Of a stretch of DNA of 64,000 nt, positions 10,571-26,184 are shown in pieces. Location of the stretch: contig OZ024740.1 of NCBI GenBank assembly GCA_964016885.1, forward strand, positions 198,524,001-198,588,000, given 5' to 3'. Source of the DNA: Eledone cirrhosa (taxonomy: Eukaryota). The position numbers were made by a program, and so were the translations under genes. Each line of letters starts with the position of its first letter. Positions within the stretch are counted from its first letter, which is position 1. The notes below the pieces were generated by a model that was not told the origin of the DNA, searched no databases, and saw only the letters and a list, made by a program, of their open reading frames with translations.

Positions 10571-13500
10571 TTTACTCTTTTACTCTTTTACCTGTTCCAG
10601 CCATACGGCTGAAGCCATGCTGGGGCACCGCCTTTGTTGCCACACATTTAATCTCCAGCTTGTATAGGTTGGCCACTGGTGTAAGACGGAGTTTGTTGCT
10701 GCTGCCATTAGGTTTCCCTCGTGCCTTGCTGTGGGCTCATCTGGTCCTGGATAGGAAGGTGTCGAGATTTTTCTTGAAGTCATCCACCTCCACACCATGC
10801 AGATCTCTCAGATCCCTCGGCAGTTTGTTGAAGAGTTGAGGCCCCTTGTATCCTAGGCTATTGCAATATCTGCTCCTTATTCTAGATGTGGAAGACGGGA
10901 CCTTTGGCACCACACAGTGACGTCCTGTTCGACGGTTGGTCCAGCTCCCAATGCCAAAGTTAGGTGCTAGTCCCTCCAGGATTTTCCACATGTAGATCAC
11001 AGCGTATCTCTCACATCTTCGTTGCAAGGAGTAGAGATTCAGTTCTTTTAGCCTCTCCCAGTAGCTTATCTCCTTCATCGTGGCAATCCTCTTGGTGTAG
11101 CTTCGCTAGATTCCCTCAAGCTCCGTGGTTAGTTTGACACTATGGGTGGACCACAACTGGGAGCAATAGTCCAGGCGGCTTAGGACGAATGTCCTCCATA
11201 GTGTCAACATGGTGTCTCGGTCTCTTGTCCGGAAAGTTCTCAAGATCCAGCCAGCGAGTCGTCTGCACATTGTCGCCACTTTCATGATGTGTGAGGAAAA
11301 AATGCATCATCGCTCATGTCTATACCCAGGTCTCGTATCGATTGTGACACGGGAATATCGGTTCCTCCTGGTCCTGCGTAACTGTGTTGTACTGTATTTG
11401 TGTTTGCAGGTTTGTATTGTAGGGCTTGGAATTTGTCAGCATTAAACTGCATGTTGTTTTCTTCCGCCCATTTATATATGGCATCCAGATCTTGTTGTAA
11501 AAGGGCAGCGTCAGCCGGGTTATTGATTGCCTGTGCTACCTTAGTGTCATCAGCATAGATAGTGAGGGATGTTGTTGTATGTACTACAGAGGGCATGTCG
11601 GAGAGAGCCACCAAAAACACTAGTGGTTGCAGGACTGTCCCTTGGGGCAACCCCCTTGTTATTGATATTTCCTTTGAGAGGGCCCCGTTTGCTGCGACTG
11701 TCTGGCTTCTGTCCTTTAAGAAGTCATGCAGCCACTCACCTACTTTTCCAGTTATGCCGAGTCCGTGTAATTTGTGACATATCATTCCGTGGTTAAAGGC
11801 TTTCGCAAAGTCAAGATATATCACGCCCACATGTGAGCTGTCTAGTAGTTGTTTCAGTACCCAGTCGTAGTGGTGTAGCAGCTGTGTAAGGTAGCTTCTT
11901 CCTGGGCGGAAGTCATGCTGCGTGCTAGTCAGGCGGTCATTTTCCTCGAGGAAAGTGATCAGTTTCTTTCTGACGACTCGGTCCATGACCTTACTGATAT
12001 ACGACGTCAGGGAGACTGGCCTATAGTTTTTGGCCTCCGCTCTGCTACCTCCTTTATGGATAGGGCATATTGTGCCTTCTTTCAGCTACCTGCGTATTAT
12101 ACTACTAGCCAAGCGGCTTCTGAAGAGCATCTTCAGTGGAGTTGCTAAGGTCCGCTAACATGTTTTTAAGAGGACTGCTGGGAATCCATCAGGTCCAGCA
12201 GCTGAGTCTGTTCTACTTTCATCTATGGCGTATACCACATCCTCCTTCGTTATGTCTATGTGGTTGATGGTCGCCATTTCTTCATGTAGTGTTGTGGCAT
12301 CAAAGAACTCCTCTGGCTTTGTTATTTGCATGTGCCTCAGTGGACATGTGAACACACTTTTGTACTTTTCTTTCAGTATTTCACATATCTCTTGGGGATT
12401 CTCGGTTAATGAACCGGCTGTATGGAAGAGTGGCCCAATCTTGCAGTGTACCGAGGCAGTTTCTTTTGCAAATTTAAAGAAGGCTTTAGGGTTTGTTTTA
12501 CTATTTCTTATGGCCCTGCTTTCTTTCTTTGCCCTCTCATTTTCATGGGAAAGTTTGAGTGCAATCCCAGTGTCAAGTAGTGCACGTTTCAAATAGGATT
12601 CCTTCTTGTGTTTGTTTTCTTGTTATGCATTCAGCTGATTTGAGAGCTTGGTTCTACGTCTCATAAGGATTTTCCTATCTCTGGGAATAAGATTTTTGTG
12701 TCTGTTTGCCTTTTTCTCCGGAACAAACCTTTTGCATATAGTGTGTATCGTTGTAATGAAGTGTTGAAATCGTGTGTTTGTGTCTCGTGTGGCGGTGTTT
12801 TCACTCCATGTTTGCTTCCGGATTTCTCTCTTGATATTTTTCCAGTTAGCCTTGTAGAGGTGAAGGCTGTATAACGTCCCGGTGCTTCTTGGTGGTTGTG
12901 TCTCTGTTGGTTCTCTCGGACAACATATCATTAATTCTACTAAGTTATGATCCGAGAAAACTGTTGGTGTCACCTTTACATTGTGGATGAGCACTTCGTT
13001 GTTTGTAAAACAGAGGTCCAGGACATGTTCGCCTCTTGTTGGGAGGAGTACTGCTTGTTCCATGAACATGAACAGCCTGTGTGTGAGGGCCAGCAGGGAT
13101 TCCGTCTGTCTTTGTTCTATTGACGTCATTCCAGGGAGGAGGTGGCCTTCAAGCCATTTGACCTTTGGCAAGTTGAAGTCACCCAGCAGTAGAATGTTGA
13201 GACCATGGTCCAGTTTGTCAAGGACCTCTTCTATATTGAGGCTATCCTCAAATTCACCATCATGACTGGGGGCATCGGGCAGCCGATATGTGACTCATAT
13301 TACTGTCTTAAGTTGCTTCATATGTACTATCAGTGTGTCACAGACTGAGTTTGAATGTGTCAACAGTACAATTGGTGTGACATCTTCACGGATATACAGA
13401 ACAACCCCACCATGAGTTCTCTCCTTCCTGTCCGAACGAAATACAGTATATTCCGGTATATGTATTTCTGCATCTGCTATACTGCTTGTCAGGTGAGTTT

Positions 13501-14480
13501 CCGTTAGTGCCATGCATAATGCTTGATTGCTTATGGCTATGTCTCCCAGGTATGAAATTTTACACATGTTACTGAGTTTCACCAGGCCCCTGACATTCAG
13601 CAGCAGCACTGGTGTGACTTTTGGTGTGCCAGTAATGGCTGTCGGCAGGACACCTGGCCTGGATTCAGCGGCGGCCACTCTGGGTCCCTTAATTGTGGTG
13701 GTCTTGATTGACGGTGTGGGTGACCCTGGCTCTGGAAACGATGCAGCTAGGTCAGCTGTCCCACAATCTTCTCTGCCATCTCTGAAAACTTTTTCTGCTC
13801 TGCTGCTGCCATCTGTATCTCGTCGACATGTGCGTGCCTTCTCCTTGTTGGCGCGGCACAAGGAACCTCAGCATACTTCTGGAGCGGCTTGTTTTGGCTT
13901 TGGCTGGGGCATGCTGCGCGAGTAGGATGGGCATAGTTCGTTTGGGACCTGGGGTGGGCGAATCTGCAGCCCATCCTTCTCTCTCCATGCCAGCAGGTCC
14001 CGTTCCTGAAGAACTTGCACATTACTTGCGTTTTCTCCCATTGTCTCGGTGTTTTCTGTTCTTGCTTTGAACAATTGTCCACTGATCCCTCTGCGCTTGG
14101 TTCTCCTTCGAAAGGTGATTTCGCTTCTCACCTTTACTGCTTGCTTGTTGGTTTCCCGGCCTGCCCTCCCTGACTGTGGCGGCGGGTATCTCATTTTCTT
14201 TCAGGTCCGTGCTTGTGCTTTCTTCCTTTTCTTTTTTTCTCCTTTTTCTTCGTTTTTCTCCTCCCTGAGGACACGGCTTAGCATCGCTATATGTGGTGCT
14301 ATGAGGACATAGGCCTTCTCGATTTCTTTTCTTTTCCTCTCTATCTGCGCCAGGGTCCTCAGAAACCCATGGCTCTTCAGGGTCTCCACACTCTTTTTGC
14401 TTGATCAAAACCGCTAGTTCCATCTTTGACCAGTTTCGCTGACTCATAATTTCACCTTTTCCCTGAAAGCAGTCCATTTC
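10571..14480 (-). mobile_element. Near full-length decayed CR1-like LINE (ORF1 with CCCH finger, ORF2 APE+RT)
   Basis: Frameshifted ORFs contain CKFFRNGTCWHG..CRFAHP, LLNVRGL, ALTETHL, GGVVLYI, SDHNLV, GPDGFP, YLDFAKAF, GLPQGTVLQP, YADDTK and LYSLQRR. The 3' tail is (AAGAGTA)n. Confidence 0.92.
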
Positions 14481-14489
14481 GCTGTGGAG

Positions 14490-14880
14490 GGGAGAAAGAA
14501 AGATAGCGGGAAGGGTAGGGTAGAGGTTAGAGAGGGACAGAGAGAGATATAAGTCCAGTGAGAAATTTAAGGAGCGATTTAGAAGGAAAGAGAGAGAGAG
14601 CTTGTGCGATCTAGAGAGAGAGAAAAAGAAACAAAAGAAAGAAAGGGGAGAGAGACAGAAGAGATGAGCGAGAGAGATAGCGGGAAGAGTGGGGGTGAGG
14701 TTAGAGAGAGAGAGAGGGAGATAGATAAGGTGAGAAATTCAAAGTGCGATTTAGAGAGAGGGGGGGGGCTCGTGTAATCTAGAGAGAGAGATAGAGAGAG
14801 AGGAAGGAAGAAGGAGAGAGACAGCGTGAGAAATAGCAATGCAGAGAGAGAGTGAGAGAGAGAGGGAAAGAGAGAGAAAA
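14490..14880. repeat. (GA)n-rich purine tract with degenerate subrepeats
   Basis: Direct read. gatagcgggaag..gaggttagagag..gtgagaaatt..gcgatttaga recurs. Confidence 0.8.
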
Positions 14881-15921
14881 TAACAACGTGGATCGGTCAA
14901 AGAGAACTATAAATATTAACAGGTAATATCGTTCAAAGAATATTTCGCAATTAAAACACCGAAACAAAGTGTAAACAAACGATATCTACATGAAATATAA
15001 AAGGAGACAGAAAAAAAATTCAGATAAAATAAAATAAGATGAATTTAAAATAAGTTAAAGATAAAGAATCACGAAGATTTATATAAGTTGTGTATAAGTT
15101 GATTTCAACTGTTGGCATCGTTTGTCTACAAATATAAATAACGGGAACCGTATATAGTGAACCGTAGTTATTGTAATATCAATATATCAAAAACAACAAC
15201 AAACACACATGCTCACCGAGTCTAAAATAAAAATAAAATTATATTAAATTATGTTACTCAAAATAAAACAAAATAATACAAAATTTACTTAAATTAATTT
15301 AAATTACGTACTAGCTTTCTATACTCTGTATGGTAGACAAAGGAAGCACGTGTGTGTGTTGTTTTTAGGAGAATTTCACAGTGAAAATAAGCTCATTTAA
15401 AACGCTAGCATACGTAAAATAATAGCGTCAAAGTACAAATACTTATCTCTTTATATATATTTTCCTTGTTTTCTGAAAAATTACGATACATAACACCGAT
15501 TTCTGTTGATTTAAAATGTCAAATCTCGAAGGACAGGGAAGCATGTCCTTATCAACAAGCTGCCAACCTATATATATATAGTAGTGGGGTTCCTTCTTTC
15601 TCACACCGCATTCACCGCGTACGGTCTGCTTCTCTGACTGCTCATGAAATTCACCCAGCTTATGCTGATCGGATAACTATCATGATTGCTTGCTGTTTTC
15701 CCAACCTTCGGTTTGCTTTTCCTTCTGTTGTTTACTTGTCTCACTCGCTCTACGCGTTTCACTTGTCCCAATAGCTTATTTTAGTTATTGCTCGCACCAA
15801 CCTGAGGTATCTGATTTTTAATGCGATGAAATACCAATGATGGTTGGCAAATCACTGATGAGGGACTAATTTTATAATATGTAATCCATGTCCAACCATG
15901 CAGTATTCTTCTCCCAATGTT

Positions 15922-15954
<33 letters not shown>

Positions 15955-15960
<6 letters not shown>

Positions 15961-18900
15961 AAAGTTCTATTTAAAATTGTTGGGATACAACAAGTAAATA
16001 TTTTATAACTGATATAAAGCACTCAACAAGTTTTTGGAGTAGATATACGATATTAAATAAATGGAAACTATATTTATAAAACCATATTTATTTCATTATA
16101 CATATTTCAGGGATACCAAATTAAAATATGGTATGCCTTCATCCGACAAAATACAATATATAAACAGTTTTATAAATAATTTTGACGTACCCTATTAGAT
16201 GCAACCATTATTTTTGGAAGTTGTCTGGATAGTGAGATGTTTATAATTATTTTATTAGTTATAGTGTTAAGCACAGTTAGAAAAAAGACGGAGAGAAAGA
16301 AAAAACGGAGATAGAGAAGGAGAGAGAAAAAGAAGGTGAGAGAGAAAAGGAATGTATGCAGAAAAGAAAGATATATATAAATCGATAGGAGGAAATGAAA
16401 AAGAAAGAAAAAAGAAAGAAAGAAGAAAGACAAAAGAAAGCAACAGAGAGATAATAATTCATCATACAGATAGAGAAACTCAAGAGAGAGGAAGTACTAT
16501 ATAGAGAGAGGAGGATATAGTGACAACTTTACGTCATGTCATATTAAGTTGAATTAACAGTTCATATGAAATGAATAATAAAAATGTAAATATCAATATT
16601 CATGAATGAGACATAGATATATAATATGAGAAAATAACATTGTTCAATAATGACCATATGTTTAGTTTAAAACCCTGAGGTCAATATACCAAAATCTGAG
16701 TTAAAACCTTGAAAAAATACCCTATCTATAAAAATACGGATACACATATGTATATATACACGTATATGTACGTCCTGAAAAAAGAGAAAATTATGTCTAC
16801 TCCAGTCAATAATATAGACATACAAATGATTTCACTTCATCACTACTATACATTTCTTGTGTTATAAAAATTTCACAGTATATATACATAAAAATACAAT
16901 TAATATTCATGTCCTCATATATATGATTACCGTTCATGCATTTAATATTATGCATATCTGCAATACACATCAACATATACACACACAACCATACATACAC
17001 ATACACATGTATAAATAAATATCTGCGTGAGTTTTCCAGCATCGTTATGCATATATACAGACATATATACGAACACATAAATAAACTCTATAAACCTTTT
17101 ATATGCATGTTAATACACACAAATGGCCTTTGTATAGAGATAATCAAATATCAATATATTAATACAGAAATATCAAAGCATTAAATATCTTTAACACACT
17201 ATAGAGTATCTCAGGTTAAAATAATATGTTTTATATATTTATTATAGAAATCTATCCTACCTATATCTCAAACAAGATATTGCAAGGGTAGACATATGAA
17301 AGTTATTAGAAGCTATCAGAGTCAAAAAACAAATAAAAAATAAAAATAATTTAAAAGATTTAGAAGACCCAGTGATTCTACGGATGCGCTTATATTTAGT
17401 ATATGAATTTATCTTACGTAAATTTTATTTAATACATTGGGAGCATATACATTTTAGAGTAGTTTATTATATCCTTGTTTATATTTAGGAAGAAAGTTTT
17501 AAAAGAAAAAGGTGAAGGAATCCAATGATTTATCGTCAGGTTTCATATATTAACTAAATTTCTTAATTAATTATACTACATTTTAAATTCATATTTATAT
17601 TTAAACGTTGAGTTCAATCTATGTCTGCAGCAACTGAATAAATTGCTCCTTAAATTAAGGGAATTTTTGGACTTTAATATAAAGAATATTTCTTCTATAC
17701 AAAGATCACAACTCTCTGATGAGGAATTAAAAGGAATACCTTTTGAGACAATATTTCAAATCATCGAATATTTAACATTATCTCGTTTAAGGTGCCAGAG
17801 TAGGCTAGATAGCGAAGTTGAGGATTTTTTGTTTGGATCTGTGAAAGAATTCTTATGATTATTGAAGCGAAGTTTAAATTCTGTAGAGGTAGAACCAACA
17901 TAGTTGAAAGAATTTAAATTAGTTTTAACATTACAATTGTACACTACATTTTTAGCTAAGCAGTTGTTATTTAACGGACAGTTAGATTTATTTCTACAGT
18001 TACAGTTATTTAATTGAATATTGTTTGGGTTATTATTGGTATTTTGGTTAGGTTTTAAATTCCTATTATTAATTCTGTTAATATTTTGTGCTAAATTTTT
18101 GGTGGACGAGTAAGTTAATTTTATAGTGTGTCTATTAAAAATTGAGTGATATTTATGTGTTTGTCAAGAGCATTAAAGAATAGTTTAGCAATATGGGTTT
18201 TAATATTTAGTGAGAAGGGGGGGGGGGGGGAACCATAATATATTTCTAGTTCTATTTCTTTTTCGGCTTTTGGAATTATTGTAATGTTTTTGGTTAGTTT
18301 GCTTATTATTATCAATGTATTTAATTGTATCTCTATATCCTGCTCTAGCTAACGCTTCATTGTAATACTGCGCTTTTTCATCAAAACTATTTTTATTAGA
18401 TGAAATTCTTTAAATTCGTTCTTGAACAGAGTTCACTATAGTATTTTTAACAGATCTGGCGTGATTAGAGTTAAAATTGACATAATTCACGTTCTCATTT
18501 AGTTTGTGAAATGGATAGTGAAGACATGTGTTGAGATTTAGTGTTACATCCAGAAAATTGACTATTCTATGGTTATTCTCTATTTTTATTTTTAGATTAA
18601 GGTAATTAAAAAATTGTATAATTTATTTTCTTTTTCTATTTAGTTCACAGCTATTATTTTCAATAAGTAAAAGCATGTCATCACGATATAATCCTCCTGT
18701 TACACCTGGTATTTTTCTATGTAGCGAATTAATTATAAATAGGCCCACAAGGTCCGTTACCTGAGCTGAGTCAGATGATCTCATAGTTATGTCGAAATTA
18801 TTATCTCTATCTGCCCTAGTCCATAGTTGGTTATTAAATTCTATCAATGTTTTCCTTGCCGATAATATAATGTGCATTTCATTGCTAGTTATGTCGGTAT

Positions 18901-19385
18901 GTTTAAATGCGTAATTTAGTGCCTTAAAAACATTCTGAACAGGGTAATACAACAAATTAAAAACTTACATAATTTACCTTATTTAAAGTTATGGAAAGGG
19001 ACTGGTGAGGTTATTGAGTGGTTTAAAGAAATTAAATATAACTATAATAATAAGTTTATTCAGCTTGATATTGCTAACTACTATTCATCTATCACTCCTA
19101 ATCTACTGAATAAGGCACTAAATTACGCATTTAAACATACCGACCTAACTAGCAAATAAATGCACATTATATTATCGGCAAGGAAAACATTGATAGAATT
19201 TAATAACCAACTATGGACTAGGGCAGATAGAGATAATAATTTCGACATAACTATGGGATCATCTGACTCAGCTCAGGTAACGGACCTTGTGGGCCTATTT
19301 ATAATTAATTCGCTACATAGAAAAATACCAGGTGTAACAGGAGGATTATATCGTGATGACATGCTTTTACTTATTGAAAATAATA
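15955..19385 (-). mobile_element. Decayed GLYRDD-type PLE ending in a family-A pseudo-LTR, with an inverted RT duplication at its 5' end
   Basis: Minus ORFs 18623-18955 ([25 protein letters not shown]) and 17756-17944 (YVGST..FKLRFNNHK). 19113-19385 (+) is the reverse complement of ~18655-18924. pLTR at 15955-16290. Confidence 0.85.
16089..16153 (-). ncRNA. Family-A hammerhead with a mutated core (CGGATGA)
   Basis: Minus: TATTTTGT-CGGATGA-aggcatacca..tggtatccct-GAAA-TATGTA-TA-ATGAAATA. Confidence 0.65.
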
Positions 19386-19504
19386 TATATATATATATAT
19401 ATGTATCTATATACACATATATATATATATGCATATATATATATATACACATATATATATACATATATATATATATACACATATATATACATATATATAT
19501 ATAC

Positions 19505-19583
<79 letters not shown>

Positions 19584-19717
19584 AATATATGTATGCCACG
19601 GCAGACGGGAAAAACAATAAAGAAGATGTCATCATCGTTTACGATGTTCAACCAAAATAGGGAGGTATATATGTATGTGTATAAATATATACCTATATAT
19701 GTATATATGTATATATA

Positions 19718-19760
<43 letters not shown>

Positions 19761-19763
<3 letters not shown>

Positions 19764-19939
19764 GAGGGTAATCTCAAAAGTAAGGTCTTCTTCCGAGCAA
19801 AACATGCGTAAAGATTGGCGTATCACTCTGGATGCTCTCTGCCTTTTGGTTCCTGAGGTTTCCCGAAGCACCATCCACAGGATTTTAACGGAAAATTGCA
19901 ATATCGGAAGGAGACCTTACTTTTGGGATTGCTCTCGTA
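19761..19939 (+). mobile_element. Mariner-derived MITE (internally deleted)
   Basis: TIRs TACGAGGGTAATCTCAAAAGTAAGGTCT and AGACCTTACTTTTGGGATTGCTCTCGTA, with a TA target. The inside translates to [28 protein letters not shown] (mariner HTH). Confidence 0.88.
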
Positions 19940-19961
19940 CATGTATATGTATATATATATG

Positions 19962-19995
<34 letters not shown>

Positions 19996-20044
19996 TATAT
20001 ATATACATATATGTAAAATATATATATATATATATATATATATC

Positions 20045-20235
<191 letters not shown>

Positions 20236-20248
20236 GTGTATATATATA

Positions 20249-20316
<68 letters not shown>

Positions 20317-20460
20317 TAAGTATATAAAAAAATATATATATATATACATGTATATATATATATGTATATACATGTATATATAAGTATATATATATATATA
20401 TATATAAGTATATATATAAGTATATATCAGTATATATATAAGATACATATATATATATAA

Positions 20461-20552
<92 letters not shown>

Positions 20553-20639
20553 ACATATATATATATATATATTTATATATTAGAAAGTGAGGTTTTTTTA
20601 CAAAATGAAAAATAACCGACGTGTACTAAACGAGTAAAT

Positions 20640-20940
20640 GTATAAGGAAAAAAAATGAAATCGAAAATGCAACTGGAGTCTTAATTAAAAAAGATATATA
20701 TATATATTTATTTGGTTCCTTTACCGGTTTCGCAGTTCTTATGCTTTTCAAAAATAGAGTTGAGATGGAGGGTCTGTGGTTTTTCTCACATCTGTTGTGA
20801 AAAAAACCACAGACTCTCCATCTCAACTCTACTTTTGAAAAGCAGAAGAACTACGAAACCGGTAAAGAAACCAAATAAATATATATATTTTAAAAAAAAA
20901 TAAGACTCCAGTTGCATTTTAGATTTCATCATTTTTTCTT

Positions 20941-20945
<5 letters not shown>
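20640..20945. repeat. Fold-back element with ~150-bp arms, each carrying an HHR-like motif with a U3-A8 core
   Basis: Arms are centred near 20792. Plus 20832-20867 reads CTT-TTGAAAA-gcag..ctac-GAAA-CCGG-TA-AAG. Minus 20719-20754 reads TTT-TTGAAAA-GCA..TGC-GAAA-CCGG-TA-AAG. Confidence 0.8.
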
Positions 20946-20973
<28 letters not shown>

Positions 20974-21039
20974 GTAGGTATATATATACATGTATATATG
21001 AATATATTTATATATATATATATGTATATATATATATAG

Positions 21040-22460
21040 CTTTGATAACATTGATAACTTTCGTAGTTTCGGCCAGTATTGGCCCAGGCCATGTCTAATT
21101 TGATAGTACGACCTGGCGAACTTTTACAAATTAGTGTTTGGGCTCCATAGCCGACTCGAGCAGAGAGTTATTATTTACGGAGGCATATCCAGGTGTAGGA
21201 GGCTTATCCGGGATTTCTTGAAGGAATTTATCCAAAGACTTCTTGAACTTGATGGGGTCTGTGTCTGCTTTGATGTGTTTTGGTGTAATGTTAAAGAGTG
21301 CAGGGCCAATTGAGGTGAACAAACTGTGCCGTATTGTTGTTATGTGATGCGAGTGAGATTTTTGTCGTGGGCGGATAACACGGGGCGCAAGCCTTGGGTG
21401 TACATTAAAGGAGGTGCCAACATCATTTGGGCAAAGCTGATGGATTATTTTCCACATCATGCAGATAATGTAGCGCTCACGGCGACGTAGGAGAGAATAA
21501 AGGTTGAGATTTTCTAATCGACTCCAATAGTCAAGGCCTGTCATGCCATCTATCCTTTTTGTAATTGACCTTTAGGGTGCTTCAACTTTCATACTTTGTT
21601 TCGTGTGAGGAGACCACAGTGGACAACAGTATTCAAGGTGGGGTCGGGCAAAAGTAGAGAAGAGAAGCATAACTGTGTGGATATCTCCCGACTGGAAAGT
21701 TCTGAGAATCGAGGAACACATTCCGCAGGCCATATCAACTTTGCTGTTTATATCAGTGGCCCAGCTTATGGTGTGGTCCCAGGTCTCTGATGTTATTGGA
21801 TGCCACTAGAGTTTCACCCGAAGGAACAGAGTTTGGTAGTTTCAGGGCATCCTTTTTTCCAAAGTGGATTAATTCAAACATATCCTCATTCAACAGCATA
21901 TTATTCATATCTGCCCATTGGATAACAGCCAGTAGGTCTGACTGAAGGCAAGTCCTGTCACCCACCTCATTGATGACCCTTTGGAGCTTGGAATCATCTG
22001 CGAAGATTCTTACGTTGCTGTGCTTGATGATGTCAGTAATGTCATTAATGTAGATGATAAAAAGAAGTTGACCCACCACAGAGCCTTGTGGGAAGCCACT
22101 GCTGACTTTAGCAGGGCTTGACTTTATACCTTCGACTACAAGATGCTGGGTTCTGCTTGTCAGGAAACATTTGATCCACTGGAGTAACCTTCCAGAAATA
22201 CCAACATCAGATAGTTTTTTCAGTAGGATCTTATGTTCAACCCTGTCGAAGGCCTTGCTGAAATCAAGGTAGATGACATCAGTGTTGGAGCCCTGTCCCA
22301 AGGCTCTCAAATCATTGTCAAACTGACGCAGGAGCTGCATTGGGCAGTCCTAGCCATTACGGAACCCATGTTGGTTGGGGTTCAGCAGGCCGTTGCTTTC
22401 AAGAAAGTGGGTTATTCGTGATCTCACCACCCCAGATACCTTGATAATATGGGATGTGAT
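21040..22460 (-). mobile_element. 5'-truncated CR1-like LINE (RT C-terminal half), second family
   Basis: YLDFSKAFDRVEH, SGFPQGSVVG, IFADDSKL and LNLYSLLRRRERY. (TA)n on both sides. Confidence 0.9.
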
Positions 22461-22516
22461 ATATATGTATATATATATGTATATATAAATATATGTATAT
22501 ATATATATGTATATAA

Positions 22517-22608
<92 letters not shown>

Positions 22609-22623
22609 TTCGTGTGAAGTGTT

Positions 22624-22685
<62 letters not shown>

Positions 22686-22863
22686 AACACTTCACACAGA
22701 GTAAAACATTTCGTTTTAATCATTTTATAACCCAGAAAAAAGAGAGAGAAACAAGAAAGGAAAAAAAATATTTTTCTTCCTAATAATCGTCTCTTTCGCC
22801 CTGTTTTCATATATATATATATATATATATATATCTTAACTCCTGTGCTTCTTCTCCACATTT

Positions 22864-22896
<33 letters not shown>

Positions 22897-22899
<3 letters not shown>

Positions 22900-23385
22900 G
22901 ATATTAATAAATGGAAACTATATTTATAAAACCATATTTATTTCATTATACATATTTCAGGGATACTACATTAAATTATGGTATGCCCTCATCAAACAAA
23001 ATACAATATATAAGAGTTTTACTCTCTGTCTTTGTTTCTTTCTCTCTCTCTGTCTTTGTTCTTTTCTCTTTCTTTCTCTCCGTCTTTTTCTAATTGAGCT
23101 TAACACTATGAATCACTATCCAGACAGCCTCCAAAAGTAATGGTTGTATTTTAAGGGTACGTCAAACCTATTTGTAAAACTGTTATATATTGTATTTTGT
23201 CTGATGAAGGAATACCATAATTTAATGTGGTATCCCTGAAATATGTATAATGAAATAAATATGGTTTTATAAATATAGTTTCCATTTATTAATATCGTAT
23301 ATCTACTCCAAAAATTTGTCGAGTGCTTTATATCAGTTATAAAAATATTTACTTGTTGTATCCCAACAATTTTAAATAGAACTTT

Positions 23386-23390
<5 letters not shown>
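22897..23390. mobile_element. Family-A pseudo-LTR fold-back (ORF-less) with two HHR copies
   Basis: 22897-23011 is the reverse complement of ~23185-23300. HHR at 22939-23003 (-, TTGATGA) and 23193-23257 (+). Confidence 0.85.
23193..23257 (+). ncRNA. Type I hammerhead ribozyme, family A, intact core
   Basis: TATTTTGT-CTGATGA-AGGaATACCATA..TGTGGTATcCCT-GAAA-TATGTA-TA-ATGAAATA. Confidence 0.82.
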
Positions 23391-25869
<2,479 letters not shown>

Positions 25870-25944
25870 TTATATGTATGTGCATATATTTTTCTAATGA
25901 TATATATATACATATATATATATTTATACATATACATATCCATA

Positions 25945-26038
25945 TATATGGCGTCATCGTATGCCTAAAACACAACGTGCTGTAACCAGCGACAATGAAT
26001 AGCGCCCGAGAGACTGGTCGGCCAAGGTGATATGTATA

Positions 26039-26074
<36 letters not shown>

Positions 26075-26150
26075 CATATCACCTTGACCGACCTGCCTGT
26101 CCGGCGCTATTCATCGCCGCTGGTAACAGCATACGATGCCGCCATATATA
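25945..26150. repeat. Small fold-back with a (TA)n centre
   Basis: atggcgtcatcgtatgc..ccagcg..tgaatagcgcc..ggtcggccaaggtgatatg is mirrored by catatcaccttgaccgacc..ggcgctattca..cgctgg..gcatacgatgccgccat. Confidence 0.85.
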
Positions 26151-26184
26151 TGTACATGTATATGTATATATATATATATATATA

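Noticed and set aside
15850-15905. CTGATGA-gggac..gtcc as a hammerhead
   Set aside because: No GAAA follows stem II and there is no convincing stem I. At best a decayed remnant.
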